Below, one piece after another: positions 58,766 through 64,000 of a stretch of DNA of 64,000 bases. Below the pieces are notes generated by a model. That model did not search any database. It was not told the origin of the DNA and saw only the letters and a list, made by a program, of their open reading frames with translations. This DNA comes from an uncultured delta proteobacterium (GTDB taxonomy: Bacteria > Desulfobacterota > Desulfomonilia > UBA1062): contig CAWCTR010000007.1 of NCBI GenBank assembly GCA_963798485.1, positions 288,001 through 352,000 of the forward strand. The letters are read 5' to 3'. The position numbers and the translations under genes were made by a program. How positions within the stretch are numbered: the first letter of the stretch is position 1; the number at the start of each line of letters is the position of its first letter.

Positions 58766-60673
58766 TTAGAAGCTCACCCCCTGAAGCCTGTCAATGGCAT
58801 CAACGATGGCGCGGGCCACGTCCGGATTCGGATCGTCGATATACTCTTCCAACTCTGCAGCAAGCGCCTCTTCCTCCCACCCGGCAATGGTCTTTATTGC
58901 GGAGATCTTCAGGAAGTCCGACCCGCAGGTTAAGAGATCGAGGAGTTTCGCCTTGGCAGAATCGTCTTTGAAACTCCCCAGGGCCTCAATGGCATGGGAT
59001 GCGGCCCACATGTCATCACTGTCAATGGCGGCATGAAGGTTTTCTTTGAGCGCTTCGACCTTTTTCATGCCTATGATATCGAGTGCAGCATACCTTATCT
59101 GCTCATGCGTATCGGCGAGCAGGGATTTGAGCATATTCGTAGTGATAGGCAGGTCCTTATCCCTGATGACCTTTACCGCCTCTGCCCTCGCCTCCCAGTT
59201 CTCATCTTTCAACAGTCTTTCGGCAGCCTGGTGGAGACAGGGACTTTCCATGTGTTCAAGACCCCTTAATCCCATGATACGCTTGCCCTGATCAGGATCC
59301 GAGGCCATATGCGAGAACACCTCTTCGGCTTGCTCAGTCCCGATCATGACGACGGAAATCAGTGCCGTTTCACGCACATCCGGATATTTATGACTTAAGT
59401 ATGGCTCCATTATCCTGACGTCATCAGGATCTCCGTTTTTTGCAAGCGCAAGGAGTGATGATGAGATGACATGGCCGTCCGTATCTGTGAGGAGCCGGCG
59501 GAACGTATCGCATAAAGATGCACCCCCGATAGATGCCAAGGCATCGGTCATGGCGCGTTTTACATAGCCCTGGGCCGTAAAGACCCTCTCGCATATCCGT
59601 GCCGCACCCTCGTCCTTACCAATTCCGGCCAGGACATTCGCAGCGAGGATTTTAAGTTTGTCTTCGGCATCGAGTAGTTTCACCATGGCCTGGGCGTCGC
59701 CGATCCGGCACAGGGCATCAGTGACTACCCCGAACTTCTCAGGGTGGGTGTCAGGGTCTGTGCTGCGGGCGAGCTCGATCATGGCCTGTACGCTGGCCTT
59801 GTCGCCGATGCGCGGGAGCACCATGAGCATATCGCCAAGCAGCCCTTCTTCAACATCGTTCAGATGCATATCAATAATGGTCTTGATGATGTGTGCGTCT
59901 TTATCCGGCAGTGAGGCGATCTCGTCAGGGGATAGGATCTTCAGCAAGGCCTTGACGATCTCGGTCTCAATATATGCATTTGCGGTTTCGAGCATGGCAA
60001 TCAGGGTATTCACGCACTGTTTGGGTTTGATCTTGCCGATTGTTTCCAGCAGTGCGGATACGGTGAGTTCGTCGAAAGACCACCTCTCGAGCTGTTCAAG
60101 GAGAAAACCAGCGGTATTCTCATGGGGAATCTGAGAGAGGGTCTCAATGGCGGAGAAACGGATCCATTCTTCGTCTTCAATCAATGGTTTGATATATTCA
60201 AAGGCCTTGGGGTCTCCAAGGAGACCAAGAGATACTATTGCTGCATTGCGTATATTGAGATTCGGGTCGGTGAGCCCGCCGATGAGCACGTCCACGCTCT
60301 CGGGGTTGCCGATGGTGCCTAAAATGTCGAGCACAAAGAGCCTGATATCAGGATTTTCATCAACTGCAAGCCTGTGCATGACATCAATACCGTCATCACC
60401 GACCTTCCTGAGGATGTCGATAGCGGCATTACGCAAGCCCGGATCAATAATGCCGACCAATGGGGCCACCTTCTCAACCGTGTTTCGGCCGCCCAGGAAC
60501 ATGAGCGCACTTTGTGAGGCGTCCCTGACGCCTCCATTTGTATCCTTCAGTAACTCTACGAGGCGATCGATGGTAGCAGGTTCATCCCCGGACTCACCAA
60601 GCATGGTGGCTGCCATGCGACGGTCAGAGGAGTCATCCGACCTCATCAGTGCGTCTATTGTGGAATAATTCAT
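58766..60673 (-). CDS. HEAT repeat protein
   Basis: Recurrent L.D....VR..A...LG..G units along the whole length. Confidence 0.9.
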   Translation of the reverse strand: MNYSTIDALMRSDDSSDRRMAATMLGESGDEPATIDRLVELLKDTNGGVRDASQSALMFLGGRNTVEKVAPLVGIIDPGLRNAAIDILRKVGDDGIDVMHRLAVDENPDIRLFVLDILGTIGNPESVDVLIGGLTDPNLNIRNAAIVSLGLLGDPKAFEYIKPLIEDEEWIRFSAIETLSQIPHENTAGFLLEQLERWSFDELTVSALLETIGKIKPKQCVNTLIAMLETANAYIETEIVKALLKILSPDEIASLPDKDAHIIKTIIDMHLNDVEEGLLGDMLMVLPRIGDKASVQAMIELARSTDPDTHPEKFGVVTDALCRIGDAQAMVKLLDAEDKLKILAANVLAGIGKDEGAARICERVFTAQGYVKRAMTDALASIGGASLCDTFRRLLTDTDGHVISSSLLALAKNGDPDDVRIMEPYLSHKYPDVRETALISVVMIGTEQAEEVFSHMASDPDQGKRIMGLRGLEHMESPCLHQAAERLLKDENWEARAEAVKVIRDKDLPITTNMLKSLLADTHEQIRYAALDIIGMKKVEALKENLHAAIDSDDMWAASHAIEALGSFKDDSAKAKLLDLLTCGSDFLKISAIKTIAGWEEEALAAELEEYIDDPNPDVARAIVDAIDRLQGVSF

Positions 60674-60738
60674 AATGCCCGCATCATCCTAAAAGAATTG
60701 ATTGAATCCTGTTATCAATTCAGATGATAGGTATTCAT

Positions 60739-61341
60739 TCATTTTGCGCTGTACTGGACAAATGCCACTTCTTGTATCGGATAATCCATAAGATCATCTG
60801 AGAGCATCAAGGTAATCTCGGTCTGTGAATAGACACTCGCCGCTGCCAAAAGCCTCTTGTAGATAATGCCCCTAATCTCGAAGAGTTTGCTCTGAATAGA
60901 GGTAATCATGGAGGGGTCCACCTTGAGGCTCACCTGTGCAACGAGCACACCGGATTTCTTGGGTATGTCCGTTGAATAGAAGACCATAAAGGGGTCAAGG
61001 ACTATTCCATCAGGTCCCAAAGGGGATATCTTTTGAGGCTGGACTACTTTTGCAATATTCTTTGAAACTTCATGGTGCCCATGGAATAAGAAGAACCCTA
61101 TAACGCTCAGAAGCACCAGAAGTGCAGCAGCGCCCGCCCCGGCCATCAGGATCAGGCGTTTCTTTGAAGCCGGTTTCTTTTCAGGCTCCTGGTCGGACTT
61201 TGGCTCTTGCGCGTCGGCATGCGCCTGAGCCTCTTCGGTATCCAGAGGAATGCCTTCTTTGTCAAGTTCAGCCTTGCCGGTATCCTGCAACAGGATTCCT
61301 TCTTTATCGAGGTCTGCCTTTTTCCCAGGCTGATTTTCCAT
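60739..61341 (-). CDS. FliL-like flagellar basal body-associated protein
   Basis: Acidic N-terminus, single TM, LDPFMV, EIRGIIY; follows cheY. Confidence 0.65.
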   Translation of the reverse strand: MENQPGKKADLDKEGILLQDTGKAELDKEGIPLDTEEAQAHADAQEPKSDQEPEKKPASKKRLILMAGAGAAALLVLLSVIGFFLFHGHHEVSKNIAKVVQPQKISPLGPDGIVLDPFMVFYSTDIPKKSGVLVAQVSLKVDPSMITSIQSKLFEIRGIIYKRLLAAASVYSQTEITLMLSDDLMDYPIQEVAFVQYSAK

Positions 61342-61348
61342 GTTTCAC

Positions 61349-61732
61349 CTACTTGTTGAATATCTGATTGATCTTCTGGCTCAGGGTCTCAGCGGTGAAG
61401 GGTTTGACAATATAATTGCTCACACCGGATTTCACGGCCTCGATGATGTTCTCTTGTTGAGACTCTGCGGTGACCATCAAGAAAGGGATGTGCTTCAGCG
61501 CGTCATCGGATCGGACCGCCTTGAGCAATTCCAGACCGGTCATCTTCGGCATGTTCCAGTCCGAGACCACCAGATCGATCTTCTCCCGCTGGAGCGCCTC
61601 AAGGGCGGTTGACCCGTCGTCGGCTTCTGCAATATTTACAAAATTAAGTTGCTTCAGGATGTTCTTCACAATCCTGCGCATGGTGGAAAAATCGTCAACG
61701 ATGAGGATCCTCATGCTCTTATCTGTTGTCAT
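61349..61732 (-). CDS. cheY: Chemotaxis response regulator CheY
   Basis: VDDFSTMRRIVKN, SDWNMP, MVTAE, VKPF. Confidence 0.96.
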   Translation of the reverse strand: MTTDKSMRILIVDDFSTMRRIVKNILKQLNFVNIAEADDGSTALEALQREKIDLVVSDWNMPKMTGLELLKAVRSDDALKHIPFLMVTAESQQENIIEAVKSGVSNYIVKPFTAETLSQKINQIFNK

Positions 61733-61789
61733 AGATACCTCCGGTACAAGTACCGTTTAAGTTCTCATCGAATATTCCGCTATAAACCT

Positions 61790-62560
61790 TTACACATTGA
61801 TCTCTTTAAGGATCTTTTGCATCTTTGAGCGCAGCCTCAGGATTGCCTTAGTATGTATCTGGGAAACCCGAGACTCGGTAAATTTGAGGACATGCCCTAT
61901 CTCCTTCATGGTCAGCTCGTCGTAGTAATACAGTGAGATCACCATGCGTTCTTTTTCCGGCAGCGACTGGATGGCCTTTGCTACCATGGTGCTGACCTCG
62001 GCATAGCGGATTTTATGTGAGGGCCAGTCTTTGTCGTCCTGGATAATAAATTCAAGCAGGTTCCGCTTGGACAGGTCGGTATCGTCCTCGCCAAGGTCGT
62101 CCAGGCTGAGCAGGGATACGGATGCAGTCTCGGACAGGAGCCGGTGGAAGGTATCAATGTCGACATTCATCTCTTGAGCGACTTCGTCATCGCTGGCCGG
62201 CCTGCCAAGGTTGTATTCGAGTCTTGCATAGGCGTCTTCCACCTTGCGGGCCTTCTGCCTCACAGACCTTGGGACCCAGTCCATAGAGCGGAGCTCATCA
62301 AGGATGGCGCCCCTGATCCTGAATTCCGCATAGGTCTTGAACTTGATCTGCTTGCTGGCGTCAAATTTTTCGATGGCATCGATCAATCCTATGACACCTG
62401 CATTTATAAGATCGTTCAGGTCGATGTGGGGAGGCAACCGTATGGCAATACGGCTTGCAATGTACTTAATCAACGGGGCGAACTCGTTGATTATCTTACC
62501 CCGCACCTTCGGGTTGAGCTTCTGTTCCTCAGTAAGTTCCGTGTAGACGATATCCTGCAT
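61790..62560 (-). CDS. fliA: Flagellar sigma factor FliA (sigma28)
   Basis: FKTYAEFRIRGAILDELRSMDWVPRS, TESRVSQIH. Confidence 0.97.
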   Translation of the reverse strand: MQDIVYTELTEEQKLNPKVRGKIINEFAPLIKYIASRIAIRLPPHIDLNDLINAGVIGLIDAIEKFDASKQIKFKTYAEFRIRGAILDELRSMDWVPRSVRQKARKVEDAYARLEYNLGRPASDDEVAQEMNVDIDTFHRLLSETASVSLLSLDDLGEDDTDLSKRNLLEFIIQDDKDWPSHKIRYAEVSTMVAKAIQSLPEKERMVISLYYYDELTMKEIGHVLKFTESRVSQIHTKAILRLRSKMQKILKEINV

Positions 62561-63428
62561 GGCCTGTTCCTTTCGCTTGATTCAAGAGCATTTTTCTAAA
62601 GAAGAACTGAAGGTTTCCGCTGGTGTTTGAAAGCGTGGTCTCCTCAAGCCTGCCCGCGATTCGGGAAAGTCTCTTGGTTGCCTCGCTTTGTGGGTGGAGG
62701 CCCACAAAAGCCTTCTGCGCCTTGATGCATTCAGGAATGTTTTTGTCATGCGGGATGGAGCCTAAGATCTCCAAGGCTACATCCCCTAAGAACCTCTCAC
62801 ATACCAAAGACAATTTTTCCGACACTTGATCCCCCTCGGACTTTGAGTTCACATTGTTCACTATAAGGTCGAATCTCTTGATGCCGTATTGCCTGCGCAA
62901 TACCTTGATAAGGGCATAAGCATCCGTTATTGACGTGGGTTCCGGGGTCGCCACCACAATAATCCTCTGCGAGGCTGCGTTGAAGTACATGACGTTCTTG
63001 GATATCCCTGCCCCGGTATCTACGATCATATAGTCAAGGGCGCCTTCAAAATGGTCCAGTGAATCCATGATACTCATCTGCTGTTCGGTATTCAGCTCAG
63101 AGAGTTCCTGGATTCCCGACGATGCCGGAATGATCTTGATCCCGCCAGGGCCATCCATCACGATTTCATCAAGAGAGCACTGTCCGTCCAAGACATTCTT
63201 AATGGTGAGTTTAGGGGCAAGTCCCAGCATTACATCCACATTGGCAAGGCCCAGATCGGCATCCAGGACAAGCACCTTTTTCCCACGCGCAGCGAGCAGG
63301 ATGGCCATGTTCACCACGATGCTCGTCTTTCCGACCCCACCTTTACCCGATGTTACGGACAGGACGGTGGGGGAGATAGCTGGTGCTTCTTTGAAGATTC
63401 TCCGTAAGGTCTGGGCTTGATCCTTCAT
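62529..63428 (-). CDS. flhG: Flagellar number regulator FlhG (MinD-like)
   Basis: DQAQTLR, SGKGGVGK, DADLGLAN, PEPTSITDAY. Confidence 0.93.
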   Translation of the reverse strand: MKDQAQTLRRIFKEAPAISPTVLSVTSGKGGVGKTSIVVNMAILLAARGKKVLVLDADLGLANVDVMLGLAPKLTIKNVLDGQCSLDEIVMDGPGGIKIIPASSGIQELSELNTEQQMSIMDSLDHFEGALDYMIVDTGAGISKNVMYFNAASQRIIVVATPEPTSITDAYALIKVLRRQYGIKRFDLIVNNVNSKSEGDQVSEKLSLVCERFLGDVALEILGSIPHDKNIPECIKAQKAFVGLHPQSEATKRLSRIAGRLEETTLSNTSGNLQFFFRKMLLNQAKGTGHAGYRLHGTY

Positions 63429-64000
63429 TATGCATCTCCAAGCGTGCATGCTATTATCTTGTTTGTGCTGGCCGGCTCGATGTCCTCGGGGACCCGCTGC
63501 CCGGTGGTTATATGGGAGATAGGCAAACGGTGGATCAGATTGTGTGAAAGTACGCTCCCTTTTAAGTGCGCCTCATCGAATTTAGTGAAGATCATACGGT
63601 CCACCTTCAGGGGGGAGAATGTCTTGGTGATGGTGTCCATCTCCTGGTCGCGGGTAGCTACCGGCATGAGGAGAAACCTGCAGGCCTTGATATTGTCAAA
63701 ATATCCTACTAACTGGTGTGCATACTCGTTACAAAAGGGCGAACGGCCGACGGTGTCAACGAGGATGAGGTCGGTGGAGTCAAGCTGATTCAGTGCGATC
63801 TTGAGTTCGGAAGGGGTCGTTACGGAAAAGAATGGGATATTCAAAATTTTGGCATAAATGCGGCTCTGATCTATGGCGCCTATCCTATAACTGTCCAGTG
63901 TGATGAGCGCCACCCGTTTGGCCTCGGAAAATACGGCCCTGGCGGCAATTTTGGCAATGGTCGTGGTCTTTCCCACGCCGGTGGTGCCAAGGAATATCCA
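63428..64000 (-). CDS. flhF: Flagellar GTPase FlhF, 5' truncated by the window
   Basis: GTTGVGKTTTIAK, DSYRIGA, DTVGRS, TKFDE, GQRVPED. Confidence 0.95.
   Translation of the reverse strand, partial: WIFLGTTGVGKTTTIAKIAARAVFSEAKRVALITLDSYRIGAIDQSRIYAKILNIPFFSVTTPSELKIALNQLDSTDLILVDTVGRSPFCNEYAHQLVGYFDNIKACRFLLMPVATRDQEMDTITKTFSPLKVDRMIFTKFDEAHLKGSVLSHNLIHRLPISHITTGQRVPEDIEPASTNKIIACTLGDA

Noticed and set aside
61765-61792. Sigma28 promoter before cheY (TAAA-N16-TTCGATGA)
   Set aside because: Spacing and -10 both deviate from consensus; too weak to list as a feature.

Overview
A gene-dense 64 kb chromosomal segment that looks like an anaerobic Desulfobacterota (deltaproteobacterium), judged from gene content: Fhs, a 2-oxoacid:ferredoxin oxidoreductase, a stand-alone Fo ATP synthase operon, lpxC-ntrY-ntrX, and deltaproteobacterial flagellar gene order. 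Core content includes two flagellar/chemotaxis blocks (flgM, flgF-G-A-H-I-J-N-K, csrA; and flhF-flhG-fliA-cheY-fliL-like-HEAT-HDOD-cheR-response regulator), atpZ-I-B-E, pgk-tpiA-secG, vor/kor genes, tatB/C, a BtuFCD-like ABC importer, radC and two radical SAM enzymes. The accessory part is mainly 2.1-19 kb. It holds an HU gene remnant, a sigma54-type promoter, and a 958-aa lipoprotein with five cadherin-like domains and a six-blade Kelch propeller; the blades are very similar at DNA level but vary at recurring loop positions. It also holds an IS-end remnant with a promoter in front of an ABC exporter, a REP doublet, a Cys-less CheD paired with a zinc-ribbon HDOD protein, and a large M28 peptidase flanked by two broken genes. 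No rRNA, tRNA, CRISPR array, reverse transcriptase or intact transposase was seen. All family calls rest on motif recognition by eye, not on database searches.
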